Origin: Eledone cirrhosa
Lineage: Eukaryota
DNA: 64,000 bases
NCBI GenBank assembly: GCA_964016885.1
Contig: OZ024742.1
Span: 134,478,001-134,542,000 of the forward strand
Direction: 5' to 3'
Positions 39,879-57,734 of the stretch are shown piece by piece. The notes beneath the pieces were generated by a model. It had not been told where the DNA came from and searched no databases. It was given only the letters and a program-made list of their open reading frames with translations. Both the position numbers and the translations under genes were made by a program. Every line of letters starts with the position of its first letter. Position 1 is the first letter of the stretch.

Positions 39879-41409
39879 ACCAATTGTATTATAATGTTAG
39901 TATTTGACATGTAATATAAAGTGATGACATGTGTACTTCGGCTTAGAATTGTAAAAGGTTCATATGACACATAAACCAATTATAAAAATACTTACGAGGC
40001 CCAATCACATTTTTCCACGCTTCTGCAGAAATTTGCGTTCGTATTGTTATATCCAAATCTATCTAAACACCATGACACAAATAATGAAGAATCCAATAGG
40101 TAATATTTTGTTTGAATTACTCCCCAGTTGTTAAAAGAATATTCCATATTATTTCCATTTCACTTTGATGTCGCAGGGTCAAACATTATATTTCAGTTCG
40201 TTTCCTGTGAACTGCGGCACATTTTACAACCTGTGCTTGGTCAATCCCCGTGTTTAGTATGCGTAGTAAAATGACCAGGTTTCATTCACAAATTGTATCC
40301 CGGCAGAATGCTTGAAAATATCGAGAGAATTGTGTACATTAAAAATATGTTATCGATCATAATTTTGGGCGTGTTTCTTTTTTTATATATAAGTAATAGA
40401 TTTCGTCAAACATTAGTTTTTACCATTCGATACCACTTTCAACATCTCTTTTAGCATCAATTGCAGCTATACCAGTTAAAAAGTTATAAGTGTTAAAATG
40501 CTTGTGGAAAGCAACAATATGTTTCTATGTTTCGTTCTTATCTTACATAACAGCTGAGATAGATATTTTCGTACAAGAAACAACTATAAATATATTTCTA
40601 TATGTATATACGCTTTAAAGACGTTACTTGAAGTATAATTGAATGAATGCATGAATATTCGGAAGAGTGAAGGAACGAACGAATGAATGAATGAATATAT
40701 GAATGCAATGATGAGTGAATTTATTAAAGAATCAACGAATGAATAACTGAATATATAAATATATGGGTGAATGAATATACGTTTGAATGAATTCTTGAAT
40801 AAATGAATATAGGGATGATGAAAGAATATATGAATTAATAAATGAATATATGTATAAAGGAATACTTGAATTATTAATGTGTTTAGTATGATGTAGTTCA
40901 TGTTTAATAGGGTTTCGGACAGCACGCTGAGGTGTTGAGTATTTACTTTACATTGCCGAATCTATGAAGAAGTCATTTCCCTAGGAATTGCTCCAGTCCA
41001 CCGAACTGGAAACGAAAGCTATACTCTGTTTCAATTTCCAATTCTGTGCAGTTGGAGAACACTATAATTGATGAATAACATCTTGTCTAGCAATATTCAA
41101 TTTCAAATTCTATAACATACATTGCGTAAAATCATATGGACTTACTAGGCCGGCCAAACCTAGTCTATACACCGAGAGCACGAAACTATCTCTCAGATTG
41201 TCATAGGGTTATTTGACTTATAAATGATATATCAACAAAATACATAGTTACTTTTATAAATATTAACAACTGGGCTTGAATTTGAATGTAGCCGATTTCG
41301 AATAAAACAGTGTATGATCAAGTAAATAACAAATCTTTTGAAATGCACGATACATATTCTCGTTAGAAATATTGTTTCTTCTTTTGGAAAAAGGTAAGAA
41401 ATACCTCAG

Positions 41410-41545
41410 TGCATTACTGGTGCTTTATTTTATAGACGCCGTAAGGATGAAAGGCAAAGTTAACCTCGGTGGGATTTGAACTCAGACAGTAAAGGGTTAT
41501 AACTCTATGCTGCTAAGCATGGTGTCTGACACTCTACCGATACTG
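41410..41545 (-). mobile_element. tRNA-derived SINE copy
   Basis: Same core as 39505-39878. Confidence 0.8.
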
Positions 41546-42412
41546 AGTCTGATCGCGTAAATACGAGAGAGGGAGTAGCAAATAATGTGAGGTTAAGTTT
41601 CTTTATGTACCTGATAATCTACGTGCTATATGTATAACAATGTGTGGACTAAGATATGTATCTGTAAACTTAGATACTTCAAACAGTGCTATGAACAATT
41701 ATATGATCATTAAAATTCAATGATATTCATTCTGATTAAGTATATATCTATTAATTTAAACGTAAACACATATACGAATTTCTTTCAAAGCACGACTAAA
41801 AGAAATCGAAAGGATGCGGTAGCACAGCAGAGAAAAATAAGACGGCCGAATTCCGGGATTTATATTCGCTGTCTCTATAACACTTCGGTATTCATGGACT
41901 CAACACTTAATAGCCTGTCAAATTTATCTGATCATATGTTCAGCTCAACAGAAGTAACAAGAGCAATCCTATTTCTGAAACCTCAGTTGAAGCATCGCCT
42001 GGGAATATTTTCTCTAGCTGAGAACAGACCTCCAGAATATAAGATGATGTTGCAAACGGGATACGTGAACCGAAATCACCCTACAAATAGACAGTTTTTG
42101 TGGAAACTACGCAGAAAAAAAATTAAGTCTTTTCGAGATAGCCATCCTAAATATTCAACATACACAACACAAAGCTATTTAAGAGGTATTGTCTTAAATT
42201 AAATAATCATGTAAGTAGATTTGGGAACTAAAGAAATGATATCACTGACAATCGAATCAGCCATACGTTTCTTGCGGACATTCCAGATTCCACAAAATGT
42301 ACGATTTATTATTACTCGCTTCTCGAAAATATAAAACATCTCTCCACATTTAGCAAAGCACAGCAACATATCAATAAATATATATATGTACGCACACACG
42401 CACGCACGCACA

Positions 42413-43417
<1,005 letters not shown>

Positions 43418-43545
43418 TTCCTCAGCCTAAAACTCCTGGAATTTCAAATTTGCCGGTCACTCGATGCGGGGAGGAGCAACTTAAGAGACACGATTTTTAA
43501 CTACGGTAAGAACATTTTTTTTTCTCATATCAAAGTTTAATGGGC

Positions 43546-43670
43546 TTTCATTGATGATTTATAAGCGCCCACCTAAATATATTCTTACATGAATGTATAT
43601 TAGGCTTCTACATAAACTGGAAATATTCTCCGAATGTGTAGAAAACTTATAATGAAACAATTGTTTGGAA
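43546..43670 (+). ncRNA. Family M hammerhead, unit 1 (C3U)
   Basis: TTTCA-TTGATGA..GAAA-CAATTG-TT-TGGAA. Confidence 0.65.
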
Positions 43671-44542
43671 AGAGAGATATATTTTAACTTTAATTATATC
43701 TCATAAAATAATACAACTGGCTTTTCCACATAATACATATTGTTAGCACCCCAAACACTTAAATTGGGTTTATATTAAAATATAACCTAATGTTTGTTGA
43801 GTGAGATGGTTACCAGTCAGAGATTAGCTTTAAACTATCTCTGTTATTGTATTAATATTTTACTCTTGATTGGCCAGAGGTGTTTATTTCCAGGTACCTT
43901 ATAAATTTGACTTTCCGTATTTATTACTGTTGTGCGATATTATGATTTTTATTGGTTGTAACTTCTCTGTTTTTTAGCCTAAGAAAATATATATATGCCT
44001 ATGTATATGATTACATGCATACATTTATTTTTTTTAATTAATTGAGTTCTTTACACGAGGAATTGATATTAGTTTTGAAATAACTAATTAACCCGCGTGT
44101 GTTTTATATTTTACTCTTAATTCGCCCGGAGATTTACATTCCCATTTGCCCTTTAAAGCATAACTTTCCGTATTTACTACGGTTACGAGATGCGGTTTCT
44201 TATTCAGGTACAACCTCTGATTTAGCCTAAGAAAATATCTATATGCGTGTGTAATTTATACACGCATATATTTATTTTTTTTATTTCAATTGAGTTCTTA
44301 ACACTTTGGATTGATAATGTTTCGAAAAAACTGTTTAACCCGCGTGTATATTACTTTTTTTCCTCCTTTCGTGGATCGTGGTTGTCTCCCCTTGCCGCTT
44401 AGTGACGCTATAATACTTCCTCAGCCAAAAAATGCTGGAATTTCAAATTTGCCGGTCGCTCGATGCAGGGAGGAGCAACTTAACAGACACGATTTTTAAC
44501 TACGGTAAGAAAATATTTTTCTTATATCAAAGTTTAATGGGC

Positions 44543-44667
44543 TTCAACTGATGATTTATAAGCGCTCACCTGAATATATTCTTACATGAATGTATATTAG
44601 GCTTCTACATAAACTGGAAATATTCTCCGAATTTGTAGAAAACTTATAATGAAACAATTGTTTGGAA
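44543..44667 (+). ncRNA. Family M hammerhead, unit 2
   Basis: TTCAA-CTGATGA..GAAA-CAATTG-TT-TGGAA, with one stem I mismatch. Confidence 0.75.
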
Positions 44668-45539
44668 AGAGAGATATATTTTAACTTTAATTATATCTCA
44701 TAAAATAATACAACTGGCTTTTCCACATAATACATATTGTTAGCACCCCAAACACTTAAATTGGGTTTATATTAAAATATAACCTAATGTTTGTTGAGTG
44801 AGATGGTTACCAGTCAGAGATTAGCTTTAAACTATCTCTGTTATTGTATTAATATTTTACTCTTGATTGGCCAGAGGTGTTTATTTCCAGGTACCTTATA
44901 AATTTGACTTTCCGTATTTATTACTGTTGTGCGATATTATGATTTTTATTGGTTGTAACTTCTCTGTTTTTTAGCCTAAGAAAATATATATATGCCTATG
45001 TATATGATTACATGCATACATTTATTTTTTTTAATTAATTGAGCTCTTTACACGAGGAATTGATATTAGTTTTGAAATAACTAATTAACCCGCGTGTGAT
45101 TTATATTTTACTCTTAATGCGCCCGGAGATTTACATTCCCATTTGCCCTTTAAAGCATAACTTTCCGTATTTACTACGGTTACGAGATGCGGTTTCTTAT
45201 TCAGGTACAACCTCTGATTTAGCCTAAGAAAATATCTATATGCGTGTGTATTTTATACACGCATATATTTATTTTTTTAATTTCAATTGAGTTCTTAACA
45301 CTTTGGATTGATAATGTTTCGAAAAAACTGTTTAACCCGCGTGTATATTACTTTTTTTCCTCCTTTCGTGGATCGTGGTTGTCTCCCCTTGCTGCTTAGT
45401 GACGCTATAATACTTCCTCAGCCAAAAAATGCTGGAATTTCAAATTTGCCGGTCGCTCGATGCAGGGAGGAGCAACTTAACAGACACGATTTTTAACTAC
45501 GGTAAGAACATTTTTTTCTTATATCAAAGTTTAATGGGC

Positions 45540-45664
45540 TTCCACTGATGATTTATAAGCGCCCACCTAAATATACTCTTACATGAATGTATATTAGGCT
45601 TCTACATAAACTGGAAATATTCTCCGAATTTGTAGAAAACTTATAATGAAACAATTGTTTGGAA
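45540..45664 (+). ncRNA. Family M hammerhead, unit 3
   Basis: TTCCA-CTGATGA-tTTATAAG..CTTATAAt-GAAA-CAATTG-TT-TGGAA: palindromic stem III ACAATTGT. Confidence 0.85.
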
Positions 45665-46532
45665 AGAGAGATATATTTTAATTTTAATTATATCTCATAC
45701 AACTGGCTTTTCCACATAATACATATTGTTAGCACCCCAAACACTTAAATTGGGTTTATATTAAAATATAACCTAATGTTTGTTGAGTGAGATGGTTACC
45801 AGCCAGAGATTAGCTTTAAACTATCTCTGTTATTGTATTAATATTTTACTCTTGATTGCCCAGAGGTGTTTATTTCCAGTTACCTTATAAATTTGACTTT
45901 CCGTATTGATTACTGTTGTGCGATATTGTGGTTTTTATTGGTTGTAACTTCTCTGTTTTTTAGCCTAAGAAAATATATATATGCCTATGTATATAATTAC
46001 ATGCATACATTTATTTTTTTTAATTAATTGAGATCTTTACACGAGGAATTGATATTAGTTTTGAAATAACTAATTAACCCGCGTGTGTTTTATATTTTAC
46101 TCTTAATTCGCCCGGAGATTTACATTCCCATTTGCCCTTTAAAGCATAACTTTCCGTATTTACTACGGTTACGAGATGCGGTTGCTTATTCAGGTACAAC
46201 CTCTGATTTAGCCTAAGAAAATATCTATATGCGTGTGTAGTTTATACACGCATATATTTATTTTTTTTAATTTCAATTGAGTTCTTAACACCTTGGATTG
46301 ATAATGTTTTCGAAAAAACTGTTTAACCCGCGTGTATATTATTTTTTTTCCTCCTTTCGTTGATCGTGGTTGTCTCCCCTTCCCGCTTAGTGACGCTATA
46401 ATACTTCCTCAGCCAAAAACTGCTGGAATTTCAAATATGCCGGTCACTCGATGCGGGGAGGAGCAACTTAACAGACACGATTTTTAACTACGGTAAGAAC
46501 ATTTTTTTTTCTTATATCAAAGTTTAATGGGC

Positions 46533-46657
46533 TTCCACTGATGATTTTTAGGCGCCCACCTAAATATATTCATATATGAATGTATATTACGCTTCTACAT
46601 AAACTGGAAATATTCTCCGAATTTGTAGAAAACTTATAATGAAACAATTGTTTGGAA
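46533..46657 (+). ncRNA. Family M hammerhead, unit 4
   Basis: TTCCA-CTGATGA..GAAA-CAATTG-TT-TGGAA. Confidence 0.8.
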
Positions 46658-46836
46658 AGAGAGATATATTTTAACTTTAATTATATCTCATAAAATAATA
46701 CAACTGGCTCTTCTAGATAATACATATTGTTAGCACCCCAAACACTTAAATTGGGTTTATATTAAAATATAACCTAATGTTTGTTGGGTGAGATGGTTAC
46801 CAGTCAGAGATTAGCTTTAAACTATCTCTGTTATTG

Positions 46837-46893
<57 letters not shown>

Positions 46894-47047
46894 TAGACCA
46901 CCTTTCACCCGTTGGGTACCGTTCACTTCAACATTTTTTTTCTTAAATCATGTTCACTTAAAAATAGTTTTTAAATAATTAAAATATACACAGACATGTA
47001 TATAATGTGACATGAAAGTGGAAGGCCCATATATATATACTTGTATG

Positions 47048-47078
<31 letters not shown>

Positions 47079-47199
47079 TTGTATATATATATATATGCAT
47101 ACGTATGTGTGTGTAACATATATGTGGGTGTATGTGACTTATATACACTGGTCATAGACACACATACACATATATAAACATATATACACACACATTCAC

Positions 47200-47254
<55 letters not shown>

Positions 47255-47886
47255 CAACAACCCCTTCAGCTCACTCTCTCTCTTCCATTCTCCTCCTGCT
47301 ATGTCCCCTCTCCCTCTCTATATGTCCCTCTTTTTCAAACCACTCTCTCACAACCACTATCTCTTTCTCTCTATTCTTCTATCTCTGTTTATGAAGGTAC
47401 CCGGAAAAACCCGATATCGGAACTCGTGCTCTGATTTCCGCGAATCTTCATTTATTCCATTTATATTCCCATTTCAGAGGCAACTTCATTTCAAATTATT
47501 CTCCCATTATGTGCTCTTTCGGCTGTTTTACATTAAAGACAAGCAAGCAAGCAAGCAAGCAATCACAAACTATTAGTAATATACTAGATTCTGAAAATAG
47601 TCATTCTGTTTTTGAGGGATTTTGTACTTATTTCTGTTCAGAAAACTCCATGGGATATATTTGCAGCTATGTTTGTTACAGTGTCTCAGAATATCTGCCA
47701 GGATATCTTAATGTTAGTGAAAACACCTATATATGTGTCTGTGCGTGTATGTTTCATAATATTGTCAATAAATAAATATAGTAACGCTCACTATATTTGG
47801 AATGCACTATATATGTATCAATCGTCATATCAATTCTTGATAATTAATTATACATCAAATTATGTGTGAGTGTATACATATATAAA

Positions 47887-48374
<488 letters not shown>

Positions 48375-48723
48375 TATGTGTGTGTCTGTGAATGTGTGTG
48401 TAGCTACTGAAACGGATAGAGGTCATCCGTCGGGACCCGATGGTTTATTGGGGCATCCAGCCGTAGAAAACCATCCAGAAACAGTCATGTACGTGTGACG
48501 TGTGAGACATGGTCACCCGACCAAACTTACCTCATGGAGATGGAGGGTTTGTGGTTATTCTGACATCAGATGTGAGAAAAATAACAGGCCCTCCATCTCG
48601 ACTCTATTTTTGAAAAGTAGAACTGCGTAACTGCTAAAGGAACCAAATAAATATATATATTTTTTTTAAAATAAGACTCCAGTCGCATTTTCGATTTCAT
48701 CTTTTTTTCTTTATATATATATA

Positions 48724-49190
48724 TCGTTTCTGAATTTTTTTAGCAAGATTCTTTGTCTGAAAACGTGTGTTGAAACCGATATTGTTATAATTTGGGAGGG
48801 TCATGTTGCCAATAAGAAACACACGCACCAGTTGCTTTCACTTCAATTTATTATAAATTTAGGAATTTATAAATTTCCGGTTGGTTGGTTGGTTCCACAA
48901 CCAGATGATTGTTCATATATTGTCAAAGTTATTTCGTCGTACATTACGTTAACTCTTCAGTGACTGAGGATTATTTTCTTTGTTTTTGTGCCTCTCCTTT
49001 GTTCTGTACTACGCCATCTTGTTTTGTGTGTTTTGTGTACTTAGTTTGCGCATGTGTTACAAACGGGTGTGTGTGTGTATTTTTATATTTGTTTGTTTAT
49101 TTGTTAATCTACACGTTACTGGTTGGTTTTTTTGTTCTATGTATGTGTGTGTTTTCATTTTGTCCTTAATTGTAAGTTGAGATGTTGCTG
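48724..49190 (-). mobile_element. Family H pLTR copy with hammerhead
   Basis: HHR at 48922-48964(-): GTCA-CTGAAGA-GTT..GAC-GAAA-TAAC-TT-TGAC. Confidence 0.85.
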
Positions 49191-49329
49191 TTCTGCATTA
49201 AAGGGAGACTACTCTTTGTCCACCTAACCTTAACTCTTTGACATTAGATATAGAACAGATACTCTATACCAATTCCTGTCAGCATGACTTGGCAAGCTAT
49301 TTAGAACACTTGTTTAACCGCTTTACTTC

Positions 49330-49363
49330 CCTCCGATGAGAGATATTATCTCGAAAATTAAGG
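49330..49363 (+). ncRNA. Minimal pLTR hammerhead (U4C variant)
   Basis: CCT-CCGATGA-GAGAT-ATT-ATCTC-GAAA-AT-TA-AGG. The second pLTR copy is at 52498-52532. Confidence 0.7.
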
Positions 49364-49489
49364 ACATTTAAATAAATTTAATGTAAAAATTAATTGTCAA
49401 CAGTATTTTTTGCATTTGCATTTTTATTCTATGTCCATACCAGCATTGTTTTGGCTTTACAAATACAAACGTTTATACATCATTACACA

Positions 49490-52065
49490 ATGCTTCAAGT
49501 GAACTATAATTTCCTCCTGTCCTTACGCCTGAGCCAGGCCCAGTTCACAACTGTAAAGAAACTCTCCCTGCTATCTGAAAAGCGCGCCAAAGACGGCTGC
49601 CAAATAAACTTCCTAAAACGATGCCTGAATAACATCATCCCCAAAATTATAAAAATCTTGCACCTACCAACATGCTTCAAATCACCAGGTCTCAAGCGAT
49701 CACTTAGCTACATACAAACATTCTGCCTAAGACAACTCATGTTACACCTACACCACACGCAGCAACAACACATACGGACTATTTCCAGTCTTGTACCACA
49801 ACTCGCTGAAAACTCTGAACCTCTGCCCAGAGTTATCTCCGCCGCTATAGACAGGTCATACCACCATCGCCGAGACTACGGGAAAATACGCCTAACGCAA
49901 ACATTTCTCAAACTCAGCACAGCTAACCGTCTTAACAACATCCCAACTCTAAGCACCAACAGAGGCGAACAAAACGGTACCAACACCGAACCTAGCGGCG
50001 CCCAGACCAACAACACACCTGACGTAAAATACCTCGTCACAGACTTTACAGGATCCCTCTCCCGAGAGGAATTAGACCACCTCAGCCTGGGTCCCAAGTT
50101 CATATTGAAACAGATACTGGACGACCAACTATGGCTCGACATAGAAACGAATTTCTGTCTGGCGGACTACCAACTAAAATGGATATCGACTCTCGGAAAC
50201 AACACCACGGAATCTAACAAAACCAGATTCCCGAAATACCAACTGGATCACCCATTCTGTCCACACCCTGCCAACCGCGAGCTTGAAGAAAAACTCTCGA
50301 GGCTAAGAAAATTCCGTATTTAAAATCTTACGGAAACAGAAGAATAATAGCCCCAAACCTCTCCAGGACAAAACAACTCGCCCTGAAGAACCTACGGAGT
50401 AGGGAACTTATATACTTACCATCCGACAAAGGCAAATAGTTTTGTGTCATCTCTCAAGCCACATACAACAACCTAGCTTTTGAACACCTAAGCGACAATG
50501 AACTATATACAGAGATCCCCGACATGACTGCAGCCCAGATCGAAAAACAGGCCAACTCCATCTTGTTCGATATCTGTAGGAGAAGGCAACTCCCAAATAA
50601 AGTTAAACTCAACTACACCACTAGAAATAGCAGACTGCCCACTTTCTACCACCTCATCAAGTCCGACAAGAATAGTACTAAGACACAAATAAGACCCACC
50701 GTCTCTAGCATAGAAGGACCCCTATGCAAAATCTCCTGGCTCCTCTCCCAGGTCCTCAAGCCTCTACTCTCCACCTTAAGCGGGCATGTCAGTAGCTTCG
50801 ACGAAGTCATACGTAGACTACACCAACTGCAGCCAGAACAAATTAAACAAAATAGATACGATTTTAGCCTCGACGTTGTTTCCCTCTACACTACAGTCCC
50901 CGCTCATCCAGCTGTCGATTTATTGACGGACTGCGGGGTCGCAGAGGACATCCACTGCTACGGCCTCCATCCGACGAACATACACCATATTTTGTTCTTC
51001 ACAGTGGACAACACGTACTTCACCATCCACCACCACACATACAGACAGACAACAGGATTACCCATGGGATCCAGCCTATCGGACCTGCTGGTCATCACCT
51101 ATATGAACCAGCTAGAATTCCGAGCCCTCAACACCTGCCATTTTCATACCTTCTTCACCCGATATGTAGATGACATACTCATGCTTACATCATCCCATGA
51201 GGAGGCAGATGAAATATACACAACATTCTCCAGCATGGACGCTAGTATACGGTTCAACAGGGAACACCCCGATGACCGCGGACCCCTATCCCGACTGGAC
51301 ATCCAACTCAGGGTAACAGAGGAAGGCAACATCCACACCTGCTTCTGTAAAAAAGCCGCCAGCAGGGACCTGTTCGTACATTTCAGATCAGCCCTCCCAG
51401 CCGGCGCTAAGTTCGGATACATAAGGAACGAACTACGACGTATCCGGAACAAATGCACCGACGCTAGAGACCGAGACACACACACCACACGTTTCCTGGA
51501 AGTACTCAAACTGAACGGATATCCGACATCCACCACAAACCGTGCCAGAAAGAACAGAGGACACCACACCCGAGGCACTAACACTTGCTTCCTGAAGCTC
51601 CCACACTTCAGTGACGAACAAGAACAGCCATCCGCAGAGCTATAAGAGGAGAGGGACTAGATATCCAACTAGCCCACTCAGGACGTTCTCTACGCGGACA
51701 GCTAACCAAAAGACACTCCACCAGACATGACAACCGCTGCAGGCTAGCCAACTGCCCCATCAACGACACAGACATATGCCACCAGGCTTACGTCGTATAC
51801 AAACTAGAGTGCGACAAATGCTGTAACTTCTACATAGGTAGCACCACCAGACCACTCCACATAAGAATAAAAAAATACCTAAATACAAACGCTTCCTCAT
51901 TTAAGAAACACCTAGTGAAATGCAAAAACACCGACAAAACTATAACAGTTAGGATAGAAACTAAGGAAAGAAACCTCGGCAATCTTAGAATTAAGGAAGC
52001 ACTAATTATAGACAAAACACTTCAACCAATCAATAATAGACTAGATCTCAACACCCAATTTATAA
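49490..52065 (+). pseudogene. PLE RT/GIY-YIG ORF, disrupted
   Basis: Likely ATG at 49490. Breaks near 50320, 50440 and 51620 split it across ORFs 49394-50323, 50524-51645 and a downstream frame. Confidence 0.85.
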
Positions 52066-52643
52066 CTTGATAGAGCATAAGGCCCCATAATTACACCCCA
52101 TCCCACACACACGCACACGCACACACACACGTATGCACACACATACATGCACACACACACATACACACACACACACACGCTTACATCTCCACTTATTCTC
52201 TCTCCCACACACATACGCACACAAAGACCAGTTCTAAGACGAGAGAGCACCTATCCCCCACATTTACGTATAGACATATCTTCTCACACTCACACACATA
52301 GACACACATACTTACACCTTCACTCATTCTCCCACACACTTAAACATACATGTACAAAACTCCTTTTAAAGGGGGACTACTCTTTATCCACCTAACCATA
52401 ACTCTTTGACATTAGAGATGGAACAGATACTCTATACCATTTCCTGTCAGCATGACTTGGCAAGCTATTTAGAACACTGGTTTAACCGCTTTACTTCCCT
52501 CCGAAGAAGAGATATTATCTCGAAAATTAAGGACATTTAAATACATATAAGGTAAAAGACTAATTGTCAACAATATCTTTTGCATTTGCATTTTTATTCT
52601 TTGTCCATACCTGCATTGTTTTGGGTTTACAAATACAAACGTT

Positions 52644-52697
<54 letters not shown>

Positions 52698-52739
52698 CAT
52701 TATATATATATATAATATATATATATATATATACATTAT

Positions 52740-52774
<35 letters not shown>

Positions 52775-52804
52775 CAGAGAGAGAGAGAGAGAGGGAGAGA
52801 AAGA

Positions 52805-52860
<56 letters not shown>

Positions 52861-52862
52861 TA

Positions 52863-52946
<84 letters not shown>

Positions 52947-53586
52947 TATATATTAAATGCAATAATGCTATCCAATATTTCAACTCCTACTCATAAAAAT
53001 ATGTTGCTTAACTTTATCATCAATAACTTCACATTCCATCGTACATTAAATTTTCTAATTAAAACGTATAATATTGTTTCTATATTCCCTACGGAAGTAT
53101 ATGCATTTAGCATTTCCATATCAGTGTGCCCTACTTAAATTGTAGTAGATGAATTAACAAGCATTCTATCCGTAGACAAATAATTATTAATAATTCAAAA
53201 TATTTTGTGTTTATGCTATTAAATGTTTTTCTAAATCACAAAATACCACAACTTTATAATGTTAATGATATTCTATAAAATGTAATTGATCATGGACATT
53301 TAAAATCGACATGATTCCGATAGTTCTAAATTTATATATATATATATATGTAAATCAAAAAGAAATACCAACTTATAGCTGATGATTGTCAATGCAAAAG
53401 TACATAAAAAATATAGTATAATAAAATATACAAATCAATATGCACGAATATTTAAATTTTCGTCCTCCAAGCATAAATTATTGATGGAAATTATATTCTA
53501 ACAATACATATAATATTGGGATATGTTGTTAGATGCGTTATCATCTTTGACACATTCAGCTTGATATTTTTAAATATAACAAAAAA

Positions 53587-55918
<2,332 letters not shown>

Positions 55919-56364
55919 ATATATATATATATGATATTTCAAAACATGAATCATCGACATCATGATCAGAAATCTCATCAGTATCAATATCATCATCCTC
56001 AGCCACAAGATTATCTTCATCTTCATTGTTATCGTTGTTGTAAGAATCTTCATCGCCATCATCATCATCATCACCACTCTAAACTTCATAATACACTTTA
56101 CCCATTGCATCTTTCATAAATTATTGTTGTCCTTTAGCCGGATGATTTTCATTTGGCCTCCAATCTAATAACACGAAGAATATATAATTTTGAATTCGTC
56201 TCAATTCAAATTCTTTAAGACTTTTCCCGGGGAAGCTATCAAGTAGCTTATCTATTTATGATTTCTCTTTGTGCTTTACATTATAACCGTTCTTCTAGTA
56301 CATCACGAAAAATGCCGCTTCTAACTGAACGCGACCATTGTGTTCTCATTATATTTACGGGTGA

Positions 56365-56545
56365 TTGGCAATATCGATAGAAGGCTGGACGATATGCTTT
56401 GCAGCATAGAGTTATGCCTCTGTATACTCTGAGTTCAAATCCCACCGAGGTTCACTTTGCCTTTCATCCTTACGGGGTTGATAAATAAAGTATCAGTAAT
56501 GTACTGGGATAATTGCTGGCCTTTTGCCAAAAGTAGAAACAATTA
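56365..56545 (+). mobile_element. tRNA-derived SINE copy
   Basis: GAGTTCAAATCCC B-box plus the shared core. Confidence 0.8.
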
Positions 56546-57620
56546 TATTTAATCATGATTAATCCGTACACAACGCCACTAAATAGATGAACCAATGTAC
56601 ATCGATGCAAATAGATATTTAGTCACTTGATGTTCAAATAAAATCTAGGTTGTTTCAATTGCTCGCTGTGCAGCTTGAAAGAGATGGGATTTCAGAAAAA
56701 ATTGTGAAAAAAAACTTTAAGAAAGCAACTTTAATTGAGGTTTTTTTTTTGCCAAATTTTAATTCTCAAGATTGGTTATTTATGAGGTCACTGATTGAAC
56801 GAAATCACTCCTTTCATAAAGTATGGATTGCAGATGAAATATCTTAAGTCGGTTGCAAACATTCATGAATTTGTCATCATATGTCGTATTCAAAGTAATA
56901 ATTTGAAAAATATCCAACACAATGTATGCAAGGTATCCATTTTGTATCAATAAAATTGGAAACATGATGCAGTGTTACCTCTGCCAAATATAGATTATTT
57001 ATTCGTATATACCTACTGCAGTCAGATGATTATTAAGCAGATAACTCCAAAGTTGCTGGAAACCACCGTAATTTGCAATTCCGCTTTATAACTTAATTCT
57101 ATTTATCTACTCAGTAACCACCAGATGAGTTTTCCATATATGCGAAAACATTTTCATTTTTGTTTGTCCTTTAAGAGTAGAAATAGAAAAAAAATAGAAA
57201 AGATATATGAAATACTCAACGAATTTGACTGATTTTCAAATACCTCAATTTGATTCATGTGCTTCCGTTATATCTTATCTATATATTTCTCTATCCACAC
57301 TTACATAATATAATACACTGTCCATACTACTCTACTCCATACCTTAATAATTATTACCATCTCTATATTAAATTCCATCATATAATACAATACTTCTGCT
57401 ATAGTAGTAACTAGTGATTTTAGCACGATTCGTTTTAACAGTATCTTATTTACTAGTATATGCGCTGGAAGAAAGGTCACCTATTTACTGCCGCTTGCAT
57501 GCTCGAGTTATGCTAAGTATTAGGCATTGAGATATTGGGTACCACATTTGTTCCGTACATAAACATGATTATATAATATAATATAATATAATATAATATA
57601 ATATAATATAATATGATATA

Positions 57621-57667
<47 letters not shown>

Positions 57668-57672
57668 TGATA

Positions 57673-57733
<61 letters not shown>

Positions 57734-57734
57734 C

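Larger units (their letters stand above)
43414..46840 (+). mobile_element. ~3.4 x 997-bp tandem array, one hammerhead per unit (family M)
   Basis: Cores at 43551, 44548, 45545 and 46538 (spacing 997, 997, 993). (TA)n on both sides, and no long ORF. Confidence 0.92.
49200..52648 (+). mobile_element. Near-full-length Penelope-like element with direct pseudo-LTRs
   Basis: pLTRs at ~49200-49478 and ~52369-52648. RT motifs (SLDVVSLYT, GLPMGSSLS, RYVDDI) and GIY-YIG (VVYKLECDKCCNFYIGSTTRPLHIRI). Confidence 0.93.

Noticed and set aside
41720-42202. 160-aa ORF
   Set aside because: No recognisable domain or splice context, and likely chance in AT-rich DNA.
44311-45496. Repeated 62-aa ORF in the 1-kb tandem
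   Set aside because: Starts at TTG and is disrupted by an indel in the third copy. It recurs only because of the repeat.
47388-47435. ATGAAGG..GGAAC hammerhead-like segment
   Set aside because: Too many core and stem mismatches.
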